From contig JANPJS010000327.1 of assembly GCA_031425655.1 (NCBI GenBank), positions 1 to 18,379 of the forward strand: DNA of 18,379 nucleotides. Reading direction: 5' to 3'. The stretch is from Abditibacteriaceae bacterium. GTDB lineage: Bacteria > Armatimonadota > Abditibacteriia > Abditibacteriales > Abditibacteriaceae. Shown one piece after another: positions 8,924 to 16,891 of the stretch. The notes beneath the pieces were generated by a model that did not search any database, was not told the origin of the DNA, and saw nothing but the letters and a program-made list of their open reading frames with translations. Position 1 is the stretch's first letter; every line of letters starts with the position of its first letter. The position numbers were made by a program, and so were the translations under genes.

Positions 8924-9649
8924 TTATCCATTGGCGCCGTTGTGCTGCGCGGCTTCGGCTTGTGCGACCATCAAACCGTGGCCGTGTTCTTCGCGCGCTA
9001 AGGGCCGCATTTCGCCGGTTTCGACGTAGTAAATCTGCTCGACGATATTGGTGGCATGATCGGCCACGCGCTCCAACATTCGCGCCACCAGCAGCAGTTT
9101 CGTGGCTTGCTCGACCAACGACGGGTCTTCGCGCATTTTGTCCATCAATTCGATTTGCAGGCGGTCGCACAAATCGTCCACGGCGTCGTCGTCGCGCGCG
9201 ACTTGCACGGCGGCTTCGATGCTGTGGCTGATGAAAGCTTGCAGCGAATCGCCAACCATTTTGCGCGACAATTGGCCAAGCTGAGGAATATCAACCAAAG
9301 GCTTTAAAAATGATTGTCCGGCCATGCTGCGCGTGATTTTGGCGATGTCTACGGCGTGATCGCCAATGCGTTCCAAGTCAATCACGATGCGCATACTGGC
9401 GCCGATAACGCGCAAATCACGCGCGACCGGCTGCTGCAAAGCCAATAATTGCATCGAACGCGCTTGGATACCAAAAGTAATGTCGTCGGCGAAATCGTCG
9501 TCCTCGGCAACGTGTTTGGCCAAAGCCAAATCCTGTCGCACGAGGGCGTCCATCGCTTTGCCGATGGCTTCTTCGACAAAGCGTCCCAGCCGCAGCATAT
9601 CGCTTTGCAATTCGTCGAGTTGGTCTTCAAAAGTGCGACGTATAATCAT
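8924..9649 (-). CDS. phoU: Phosphate transport regulator PhoU
   Basis: LLALQQPVARDLR, DLERIGDHAVDIA and LERVADHATNI. The start is placed at ATG 9649 behind AGGAAG; the upstream in-frame extension is repeat DNA and pstB overlap. Confidence 0.96.
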   Translation of the reverse strand: MIIRRTFEDQLDELQSDMLRLGRFVEEAIGKAMDALVRQDLALAKHVAEDDDFADDITFGIQARSMQLLALQQPVARDLRVIGASMRIVIDLERIGDHAVDIAKITRSMAGQSFLKPLVDIPQLGQLSRKMVGDSLQAFISHSIEAAVQVARDDDAVDDLCDRLQIELMDKMREDPSLVEQATKLLLVARMLERVADHATNIVEQIYYVETGEMRPLAREEHGHGLMVAQAEAAQHNGANG

Positions 9650-9658
9650 ATCTTCCTT

Positions 9659-9728
9659 TTGGTATTGGGTGTTAGGTTTTGGGTTCTGGCGAAGTCCCCA
9701 ATACCTAACACCCAATACCCAACACCTA
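9659..9728. repeat. Inverted heptamer tandem array (CCYAAYA)n
   Basis: The run cccaata-cctaaca-cccaata-cccaaca faces its inverse. 9661-9683 and 9697-9719 pair at 22/23. Confidence 0.8.
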
Positions 9729-10547
9729 TTACCCAAACCGGCCCGTAATATAATCTTCGGTCTTCTTAACCGAGGGATCGGTGAAAATTTTCGAGGAGGC
9801 GTCCATTTCGACAAGTTCTCCGAGCAGGAAGAATGCCGTGGTGTCGCTGACGCGCGCCGCCTGCTGCATATTGTGCGTCACGATGACGATGGTGTAATCC
9901 TGTTTCAGTTCGCGCATCAATTCTTCGATTTTCAAAGTCGAAATCGGGTCGAGCGCCGAGCAGGGTTCATCCATCAAAATCACTTCGGGCTTGGTCGCCA
10001 GAGCGCGTGCGATGCACAAACGCTGCTGCTGGCCACCCGAAAGCGCCAGAGCGCTTTTTTTCAGATCGTCTTTGACTTCGCCCCACAGCGCGGAGTTTTT
10101 CAGGCTGGTTTCCACGATTTCCGTCAGATCGCTTTTGTTTTTGACGCCGTGCAGACGCGGGCCGTAAGCGATGTTATCGAAGATGCTCATCGGAAACGGA
10201 TTCGGCTTCTGGAAGACCATGCCGACACGCTGGCGCAATTCGACCACGTCCACGTTCTTGGCGTAAACGTCCTGACCTTCCAGCATCACATGGCCTTCGA
10301 TGCGCACATTTTCAATGAGGTCATTCATGCGGTTCAAGCAGCGTAAAAACGTGCTTTTGCCGCAGCCGGACGGGCCGATAAACGCCGTAATTGCGTTGGT
10401 GTCCATTTTCAGGCTAATGCCTTTGAGCGCCTGTTTCGCGCCGTAATGCAAATTCACATCACGGGCTTCCATCTTGACCGGGCGCTCTGGGGCCGCAGCG
10501 GCCCCGTTGGTTTTGGGCGCACCTTGCGCCACATTGGGTTTCATCAT
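9729..10547 (-). CDS. pstB: Phosphate ABC transporter ATPase PstB
   Basis: [55 protein letters not shown] and [10 protein letters not shown]. Confidence 0.98.
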   Translation of the reverse strand: MMKPNVAQGAPKTNGAAAAPERPVKMEARDVNLHYGAKQALKGISLKMDTNAITAFIGPSGCGKSTFLRCLNRMNDLIENVRIEGHVMLEGQDVYAKNVDVVELRQRVGMVFQKPNPFPMSIFDNIAYGPRLHGVKNKSDLTEIVETSLKNSALWGEVKDDLKKSALALSGGQQQRLCIARALATKPEVILMDEPCSALDPISTLKIEELMRELKQDYTIVIVTHNMQQAARVSDTTAFFLLGELVEMDASSKIFTDPSVKKTEDYITGRFG

Positions 10548-10645
10548 AACAGGCCTATTCGCAAAATGCGGTCGAGTAAAAAGCGTTTATCTTGTTGAGT
10601 CTAACGTCTAAGAATGACAGGCGGCCTCCCCATTAATGGGGAAGC

Positions 10646-10843
10646 CAGGGAAAACGCATGAGAACTGCCCGGCGAATAAAATCGCGGCAACCACTTCCTG
10701 CCCAAAGGGCACCCGAAGTCCGCCTGCGCGGACTATTTTCTGAGTTTTTAGTCGCCGCAGGGCGACTTTGCCGCGTTGTTGCCGCGAATTTATTCGCCGG
10801 GCACTCAGGCAAGCCTCCGAAAAATCCTCATGCGTTTGCCCTG
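10646..10843. mobile_element. ISAs1-like MITE, 198 bp, 10-bp TSD, containing a REPIN
   Basis: TIRs cagggaaaacgcatgag (10646-10662) and ctcatgcgtttgccctg (10827-10843) match 16/17. The TSD atggggaagc/ctggggaagc matches 9/10. CAGGG ends with an approximately 10-bp DR fit the ISAs1 family. Confidence 0.8.
10666..10803. repeat. REPIN-like palindrome with GAAGTCCGCCTGCGCGGACT core
   Basis: Arms 10666-10691 and 10778-10803 pair at 25/26. The core is shared with 1-104 and 14102-14219. Confidence 0.85.
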
Positions 10844-10875
10844 CTGGGGAAGCCGCTTGATTGCTACCGGCGGAA

Positions 10876-11856
10876 TTACTTGCCGCCTTCTTTACGCATC
10901 AGACCGCCTAAAGTCACGTTGACCTGCGAGCCTTTGTTGCCGAAAATCGAGCCGGTCGCCTTCTTGTTGAAACGAGCCTGCGCCATGCGCACCAGACCGG
11001 AGGGCAGCGGCACATAGCCGACTTGCTTGCTCAACTTGGCCATGTTGGCCAGATAGTAACGCACAAAGCCGGCAACGTGCGGCTGTGCGGCTTTGGCTTT
11101 GTTGACATAAATGAACAGCGGGCGCGCCAGCGGTTTGTAAGTGCCCTTGTTCACGGCGTCAATCGAGGGCATTACGCCGTTGACCGCGACCGCATTCAGC
11201 TTATTCGAGTTCTCTTCGTAGTAAGCGAAACCAAAGTAGCCCAAACCGCCTTTATCGCGCGAAACGCCTTGCACGAGGACGTTGTCATCTTCGCTGGAAG
11301 TGAAGTCCGTGCGGCTGGCTTTTTCCTTGCCGTTGATGGCTTCGGTGAAGTAATCGAAGGTGCCGGAATCGGTTCCGGGGCCGTAGAGTTTCAAAGGAAC
11401 GCTGGGAAAACCGGCGCGCACTTGCGACCAGTTTTTCACGGTGCTGCCCGGCATCCAGATTTTTTTCAGTTCTTCGGTCGTGATGTTCTTGGCCCAGGTG
11501 TTCTGCTTGTTGACGACAATTGTCAGCGCGTCGAAGGCAACCGGCAATTCGATGAACTGGACGCCGCTTTTGACCGCGAGGGCGGCTTCGGAGGCCTTGA
11601 TGGGCCGCGAAGCGTTCGAGATGTCGGTTTCGCCGGGCGCAAACTTCTTGAAACCGCCGCCGGTTCCGCTTACGCCGACCGTCACGCGGATATTCGGATT
11701 CACTTTGCCGTATTCTTCGGCCACGGCTTCGCTGATGGGAAAAACGGTCGAGGAACCGTCAATCTTGATCGTTTGCGCCTGAGCGCCGCCGGCCAGACCT
11801 ACGGTCAAAGCCACGCCCAGCGCACTCGCGCCGAGCCATTGTTTGTTTACTTTCAT
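10876..11856 (-). CDS. pstS: Phosphate-binding protein PstS, Sec-cleaved soluble form
   Basis: IDGSSTVFP, GTGGGFKKF, ASRPIK, DSGTFDYF and SEDDNVLVQGV; signal ends AQA|Q. ATG 11856 was chosen because GGAGA lies just upstream; alternatives are 11868 and 11886. Confidence 0.95.
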   Translation of the reverse strand: MKVNKQWLGASALGVALTVGLAGGAQAQTIKIDGSSTVFPISEAVAEEYGKVNPNIRVTVGVSGTGGGFKKFAPGETDISNASRPIKASEAALAVKSGVQFIELPVAFDALTIVVNKQNTWAKNITTEELKKIWMPGSTVKNWSQVRAGFPSVPLKLYGPGTDSGTFDYFTEAINGKEKASRTDFTSSEDDNVLVQGVSRDKGGLGYFGFAYYEENSNKLNAVAVNGVMPSIDAVNKGTYKPLARPLFIYVNKAKAAQPHVAGFVRYYLANMAKLSKQVGYVPLPSGLVRMAQARFNKKATGSIFGNKGSQVNVTLGGLMRKEGGK

Positions 11857-11908
11857 TTTGTTCTCCATAATTTTCGCTTTCGCCACCGATGTGGTTTCGT
11901 CGCTTTAA

Positions 11909-11953
11909 AGGCTATGGCGCGAAGATTAAGGCGCGGTTAAGGCAAGGTTAAGG
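11909..11953 (-). promoter_or_regulatory. Predicted Pho-box promoter of pstS2-pstB-phoU
   Basis: CTTAACCT-N3-CTTAACCG-N3-CTTAATCT (TTAA at 11948, 11937, 11926), an 8-nt gap, then TAGCCT (11914-11909). Confidence 0.8.
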
Positions 11954-11990
11954 TTCACTGAAATACGGCCTAAGCCCACGAAGTAAGCAC

Positions 11991-12027
11991 AAAAAACAAA
12001 ACGCCGGCGCGATTTTTCGCACCGGCG
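11991..12027 (-). terminator. Terminator after pstA
   Basis: Minus strand reads cgccggtgcga-aaaa-tcgcgccggcg followed by TTTTGTTTTTT. Confidence 0.8.
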
Positions 12028-12051
12028 CAAGTGAATATGGAGAAGCGTTTT

Positions 12052-12981
12052 TCAAACTCTGCGGCTAAAGCGATAGCGCAGAACAATTGCCACGGCGTTA
12101 AGCACCAGCAATACCGTAAGCAGCACGATGATACCGGCAGCGGCAATCTCTTGAAAGGATTCCTGCGGTCGTCCCGTCCAGTTGAAAATTTGAATCGGCA
12201 GCGTGGTGAAGCCGTCTTTCAAGCCTTGCGGCACGAACGCGACGTAAGTTAGCGCGCCCATCATAATCAGCGGCGCGGTTTCGCCCATCGCGCGGGCCAA
12301 AGCCAAAATAACTCCGGTTAGAATGCCGGGCAGAGCGACCGGAAGCACTTGTCGGCTGATGGTGTGCCATTTGGTGGCGCCCAGAGCATACGAACCGTCG
12401 CGCAGCGAATTGGGCACGGCGCGCAAGGCTTCCTGCGCCGAAATGATGACAATCGGCAGCACGAGCAGGCCCAACGTTAAACCGCCCGATAAAACGCTGC
12501 GCTCGAAGTTGAGAATGCGCACGAACAACGCCAAGCCCAAGATGCCGTAAACGATGGACGGCACGCCGGCTAAATTAGCAATGTTCACCTGGGCAAAGCG
12601 CGCGAACTTATTGCGTTCAGAGTATTCTTGCAGGAAAATCGCGGCGCCGATGCCGACCGGGACCGAAAACGCCATGCACACCATCATCACATAAACCGAG
12701 CCGTAAATCGCCGATTTCACGCCCGCTTTTGCGGCAAAACGCGATGGAAATGCGTTCAGGAAGTCCCAGAGGCGCGTTTTCAACGGCGCAAAGCCTTCTT
12801 TGAAAATGCCCCACAGCAGCCACACCAACAGCACGAAGGCTAACATGGTGATGCTGAAACACAGAAATGCGAACAAGTTCGAGGAGAAATGCCGCCGTTT
12901 GAGCCGCGCCGAACTTTTCACCAGAGGCGCGTGTTTGATCGGGTTTGGGCTGGGTTGTGGAGAAAGGATTTCGCTTGCCAT
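12052..12981 (-). CDS. pstA: Phosphate ABC permease PstA
   Basis: NLAGVPSIVYGILGL, EALRAVP..SYALGATKW and ARAMGETAPL. The real start is ATG 12981, 5 nt after the pstC stop; the longer ORF overlaps pstC. Confidence 0.96.
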   Translation of the reverse strand: MASEILSPQPSPNPIKHAPLVKSSARLKRRHFSSNLFAFLCFSITMLAFVLLVWLLWGIFKEGFAPLKTRLWDFLNAFPSRFAAKAGVKSAIYGSVYVMMVCMAFSVPVGIGAAIFLQEYSERNKFARFAQVNIANLAGVPSIVYGILGLALFVRILNFERSVLSGGLTLGLLVLPIVIISAQEALRAVPNSLRDGSYALGATKWHTISRQVLPVALPGILTGVILALARAMGETAPLIMMGALTYVAFVPQGLKDGFTTLPIQIFNWTGRPQESFQEIAAAGIIVLLTVLLVLNAVAIVLRYRFSRRV

Positions 12982-12986
12982 AAAGA

Positions 12987-14009
12987 TTAATCGTATTTCT
13001 GCTGATATTTTTTCACCAGCGCGATGGAAGCGATGTTCATCACCACGGTAATGCAAAACAGCAGGAGGCCGACGGCGAAAATAGTCTGGTATTCCAGCGA
13101 GCCGTGCGGCACATCGCCCAGCGACACTTGGACGATGTAGCCGGTCATGGTTTGGATGCCCTTGAAGGGATTGGCGGTCAGAATCGGCGTGTTGCCGGCG
13201 GCAATCGCCACGATCATGGTTTCGCCGACCGCGCGAGAAACCGCCAGAATAAAGCTGGCCGCGATGCCCGACAGCGCCGCCGGCACCACAATTTGCGTCG
13301 AGACTTCCATTTTGGTCGCGCCCAGCGCATAAGCGCTTTCGCGCAGGCCGGCGGGCACGACGTGCAGCGCGTCTTCGCAAAGCGACGACACCAAAGGCAG
13401 CGTCATGATAGCGATGGCGATAGAAGCCGACATCGCGTTAAACGGCTCGACGACGAATTCGGGGTTGTTCAGCACTCTTTGCAGGAACGGCTCCATTTTC
13501 TGCAAAAGCGGCGTGATGAAGATTAAGGCAAAAAAGCCATAAACCACGGTCGGCACGCCGGCCAGAATTTCTAAAATCGGCTTCAACACGTTGCGAGCGC
13601 GCGGCGAAGCGTATTCCGACATATAAATCGCCGCCAGCAGCCCCATCGGCAACGCGAAGATGGCCGCGCCCGCCGCCACCAAAAAGGTGCCGCATACGAG
13701 CGGCAAAACGCCGTAAAAGTGCTTGCCGTTTTCATCGGCGATGAGCGGAGTCCACGCTTTGCCCAATAGAAAATCCGCCACCGAAATGCCGGCGTGCGTG
13801 AAAAACGGAATGCTGTCGGCGATCAACACGTAGATGATGCCGAACGTGGTGAGAACCGACACCGCCGCGCACGCGCCGAATATCCATTTGAGGATGATTT
13901 CGTTGAGACGGAACTTGCCGGTTAACGGAGTCGGCCCGCCGGAGCGCGTTGCGGCGCCGCTGTCAGATTGGGAAACGCTGCCTGCCATTGAAATGCTTTC
14001 TGCCGCCAT
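12987..14009 (-). CDS. pstC: Phosphate ABC permease PstC
   Basis: ILEILAGVPTVVYGFF, LRESAYALGATK and SRAVGETMIV. The start is placed at ATG 14009 with AAGGT upstream. Confidence 0.96.
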   Translation of the reverse strand: MAAESISMAGSVSQSDSGAATRSGGPTPLTGKFRLNEIILKWIFGACAAVSVLTTFGIIYVLIADSIPFFTHAGISVADFLLGKAWTPLIADENGKHFYGVLPLVCGTFLVAAGAAIFALPMGLLAAIYMSEYASPRARNVLKPILEILAGVPTVVYGFFALIFITPLLQKMEPFLQRVLNNPEFVVEPFNAMSASIAIAIMTLPLVSSLCEDALHVVPAGLRESAYALGATKMEVSTQIVVPAALSGIAASFILAVSRAVGETMIVAIAAGNTPILTANPFKGIQTMTGYIVQVSLGDVPHGSLEYQTIFAVGLLLFCITVVMNIASIALVKKYQQKYD

Positions 14010-14101
14010 AAAGAGACCTTTTGAGGATAACTGCGGAGACCGGGAAGGCGCCATTGAGCCGATCAAACGGCTCCTTTAATTAATCTATCGTGTTACCTAT
14101 C

Positions 14102-14219
14102 GAGTTCCCCCGATTGAAATCGGGGTCTAAGACTACGAAGTCCGCCTGCGCGGACTCTCCAATGAGCCGGCGCAGGCCGGCTTTGTCTGCGTAGACCCCG
14201 ATTTCAATCGGGGGAACTC
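14102..14219. repeat. GTAG-type REPIN between pstS1 and pstC
   Basis: Perfect 28-bp inverted repeat at 14102-14129/14192-14219, with GTAG at 14191 preceding CCCCGATTTCAATCGGGG. A possible outer shell spans 14083-14245 with TAATTA on both sides. Confidence 0.85.
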
Positions 14220-14248
14220 AAGCCTAAATTAGGTAGCAACTGAGTTAA

Positions 14249-15280
14249 TTAACCCGCCATCAATTCCGGCAGCGGCTTCTTTTTGGCGTCTTTGGCGGCA
14301 TACATGGTGCCGACAACACGATCATCGAAGCGCTTCATGGACGCGGTATAAAGGTCATCGGGCAGCGGCACATAGCCGACGTTTTTGACCAGTTCCTTGC
14401 CTTCGGTCAGATAAAACTTCACGAATTCCGCGACTTCGGGACGTTCGGCGGCCTTTTTCTCGATGTAAACGAAAAGCGGACGCGATAAAGGCTTGTATTT
14501 GCCGGTATTGACGCTTTCGGCGGACGGCTTGATGCCGTCAACCGTCACGGCTTTGAGCTTGGCCGCATTTTCTTCGTAATAAGCCAAGCCGAAATAGCCC
14601 AGAGCGCCTACGTCACGCGAAACGCCCTGCACCAAGACGTTGTCGTCTTCGCTGGACACGAAATCGGTGCGGCAAGCGTCTTCCTTGCCGTTAATGGCTT
14701 CCGTAAAGTAATCGAAGGTGCCGCTATCGGTTCCGGGGCCGTAAAGTTTGAGAGGTTTGCTCGGAAATCCGGCGCGCACCTGCGACCAATTGGTGACTTT
14801 GCTGCCCGGCTCCCAGATTTTCTTTAATTCGGCGACGGTCAGGTTGGTGGCCCAGGTGTTTTGGGGATTAACCACGACCGTCAAAGCGTCGTAAGCGACC
14901 GGCATTTCGATGTATTCGATGCCTTTTTCTTTGGCGGCCTTGTCTTCTTTGTCTTTAATCGGGCGCGAGGCATCCTGCAAAACGGTGTCGCCCGCGATGA
15001 ACTTTTTGAAGCCGCCGCCGGTTCCGCTCACGCCGATGGTGATTTTCAAATCGGGGTGCTTTTTGCCGAATTCTTCAGCGACCGCTTCGCTAATCGGGAA
15101 AACCGTCGAAGAGCCGTCGCCTTTGATGGTGCCCGTAAGTTTCGCGCCTGCGCTGCCACTACCTTCGGTCGAAGACGTTGAGCTGCCGCTTTCGCTGGGC
15201 GCTTGCCCGCCGCAGCCGGCTATCGCCAAACCGGTCGCAAAAACGCCGGCTACACCATATTTCCAAAACTGATTACGCAT
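14249..15280 (-). CDS. pstS: Phosphate-binding protein PstS, lipoprotein form
   Basis: Lipobox LAIAGC followed by an S/G-rich linker; DGSSTVFP, GTGGGFKKF and DSGTFDYF; GGAGG RBS. Confidence 0.96.
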   Translation of the reverse strand: MRNQFWKYGVAGVFATGLAIAGCGGQAPSESGSSTSSTEGSGSAGAKLTGTIKGDGSSTVFPISEAVAEEFGKKHPDLKITIGVSGTGGGFKKFIAGDTVLQDASRPIKDKEDKAAKEKGIEYIEMPVAYDALTVVVNPQNTWATNLTVAELKKIWEPGSKVTNWSQVRAGFPSKPLKLYGPGTDSGTFDYFTEAINGKEDACRTDFVSSEDDNVLVQGVSRDVGALGYFGLAYYEENAAKLKAVTVDGIKPSAESVNTGKYKPLSRPLFVYIEKKAAERPEVAEFVKFYLTEGKELVKNVGYVPLPDDLYTASMKRFDDRVVGTMYAAKDAKKKPLPELMAG

Positions 15281-15307
15281 TTGTCCTCCAGGAATCTTTC
15301 AGGGGAA

Positions 15308-15351
15308 ATGTTAAGAACTCAATATTAAGAAAACCTTAAGTCAATGATAAA
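15308..15351 (-). promoter_or_regulatory. Predicted Pho-box promoter of pstS1-pstC-pstA
   Basis: TTTATCAT-N3-CTTAAGGT-N3-CTTAATAT (11-bp period), an 8-nt gap, then TAACAT (15313-15308). Confidence 0.65.
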
Positions 15352-15365
15352 TTGAGGCGTATCTC

Positions 15366-15390
15366 GTAGGGGCGCAACAGGTTGCGCCCT
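15366..15390 (+). repeat. Solo GTAG REP
   Basis: GTAG directly followed by the palindrome GGGCGCAAC-AG-GTTGCGCCC. Confidence 0.7.
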
Positions 15391-15429
15391 CGTGTTACGC
15401 TCCATTCTGTTAAGGCTTTTAAGCACGCC

Positions 15430-15469
15430 AAAAGCGCCGCCGCCCTGACATGGAATAGGGCAGCGGCGC
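15430..15469 (-). terminator. Terminator after the phosphatase-fold gene
   Basis: 13-bp stem with one G-U pair on minus, followed by TTTT. Confidence 0.65.
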
Positions 15470-15493
15470 AACTTGGCAGACAGCGAACGAGAA

Positions 15494-16648
15494 TTATTTC
15501 GCCGCCGGTTTAGCCGACGCGATGGCCATCAACGATTGTGCAACATCTTCACCCAGCGGGGCATTGAGCGCCCACACCGTCGCACCGTTGGCACCGGCTT
15601 CATAGCCGATTTTCAGCGCCGGTTCATAGGAACCGCGAATCGCGGCTTCGGGCGTGGTTTTGCCGGCCACGATGTCGGCGCGCGTGGCATCGGACAACTG
15701 CCAGCCTTTATAAGCCGTCGTGGAGAAATCCTTCAACTTGGCTTCGTCGGCGCCTTTGAGCGTCATGCCGGCTTTTGCATAGGACATCGGCAGCGCCGAA
15801 ACGATATAAAGCGCGTCCGAACGCTCGGTCGGCAAATCCGTGGTGAACTTCGGCACCATCGCGCCGCCGGTTGTCAGCACCGCCACGCCGAAGCCTGCGG
15901 GATTAGCCACGCCTTCGCGTGTGCCCATCACGTCGCCAATAATGCCGTCCAACTCTTTGAATTGTTCCAGAGCCGCCGGGGTGTCTTTGGCGTTGAGCGC
16001 CCGCGCCAACAGCGTGTCGTGGACGACCAAAAAGAAGGGCTGGTCGTCCGCCGACAAGGTTTGCAGCGCGAGCGTAACCAATTCGGCGAAACCCGATTCA
16101 GTGTCGCCTTCACGATCCAGATTCCAGTTCAGCGCGTTGTCGGCTTGCAGCGCCAGCACTTTGCCTTTGATCTCATTATTCAGCGCTTCGACATCCATCA
16201 TGGCCGTGCCGCCCATGCCGGTTAATTGCTGCGCGGCGTCGCCCGCAGAAGCGCGGCCACCGCCGGCGATAATGTCGAATTTCGCGTCGCGCACCACGTT
16301 TTGCGCCGTGGTGTCGTAGAACAACGCGCCGGTTTTCAGAGCGTCGTCCGTGGTCACCAGGCCGGTTTTGTAGCCGTTGGCCGCCGCTGTTTTCAGCAGG
16401 CCTTTGAGGTTGAGCGGCGTGACATTGCCCGCCGCCATGCTTTTGCCGTTGGCTTTAAGTTCGTCGAAGGCCACGGTCGCGCCCTGCTCGTAGGCGGTTT
16501 TCAAGTAAACGCGGCCAAAATCAACGGCTTGCGGCGAAACGCCTTCGGCCACGACCAAGACCATCTGACGCGGTGCGGCCTGCGCCGTCTGCGCGAAGGC
16601 TATCGTCGCCATCGCGGTTACTGTCAATTTGTTGAGAACTTTACGCAT
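15494..16648 (-). CDS. Secreted alkaline-phosphatase (PhoA)-fold protein lacking most catalytic residues
   Basis: Signal ending AQA|A. PhoA scaffold motifs appear in order: QMVLVVAEGVS, GYKTGLVTT, DIIAGGG, FAELVTLALQTL, PFFLVV. Start ATG 16648 has AGGTGG upstream; the longer ORF runs through the MITE. Confidence 0.8.
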   Translation of the reverse strand: MRKVLNKLTVTAMATIAFAQTAQAAPRQMVLVVAEGVSPQAVDFGRVYLKTAYEQGATVAFDELKANGKSMAAGNVTPLNLKGLLKTAAANGYKTGLVTTDDALKTGALFYDTTAQNVVRDAKFDIIAGGGRASAGDAAQQLTGMGGTAMMDVEALNNEIKGKVLALQADNALNWNLDREGDTESGFAELVTLALQTLSADDQPFFLVVHDTLLARALNAKDTPAALEQFKELDGIIGDVMGTREGVANPAGFGVAVLTTGGAMVPKFTTDLPTERSDALYIVSALPMSYAKAGMTLKGADEAKLKDFSTTAYKGWQLSDATRADIVAGKTTPEAAIRGSYEPALKIGYEAGANGATVWALNAPLGEDVAQSLMAIASAKPAAK

Positions 16649-16689
16649 TGGTTGTCCACCTGATTTCAAAAATGCTTCGCTTGTTCTTA

Positions 16690-16832
16690 GAACCCGTCTG
16701 AGAAGTCCCCTCCCCTTGCCGTTTAAGGGGAGGGTTAGGGTGGGGTTCTGCGGCTTTTTTAACCCCATCCCCAACCCTTCCCCTTGATACGGCAAAGGGG
16801 AAGGGAGCCACCATCACTTCTCAGACAGTTTC
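16690..16832. mobile_element. MITE, 143 bp, IS5 (IS1031-group)-like ends, TTA TSD
   Basis: TIRs gaacccgtctgagaagt / acttctcagacagtttc match 15/17, with TTA at 16687-16689 and 16833-16835. Confidence 0.82.
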
Positions 16833-16834
16833 TT

Positions 16835-16891
16835 AAACAAAAGAAGGGGTGAGCCACGCTCTAAAAGGCACCCGGCTCATCCCTTTTGTTT
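16835..16891 (-). terminator. Hairpin/terminator after the porin gene
   Basis: aaacaaaagaaggggtgagcc / ggctcatcccttttgttt around an 18-nt loop; U-rich tail on minus. Confidence 0.6.

Noticed and set aside
8387..9231. ORFs with PSPALPL/KGKG-type peptides (also 3387-3843 and the 16649-16795 extension)
   Set aside because: These are translations of the palindromic repeats.
12982..13380. N-terminal extension of the pstA ORF (and of phoU to 9814)
   Set aside because: They overlap the upstream gene out of frame; better starts exist at 12981 and 9649.
15409..15423. Additional TTAAG pair upstream of pstS1
   Set aside because: 9-bp spacing does not fit the 11-bp box period.
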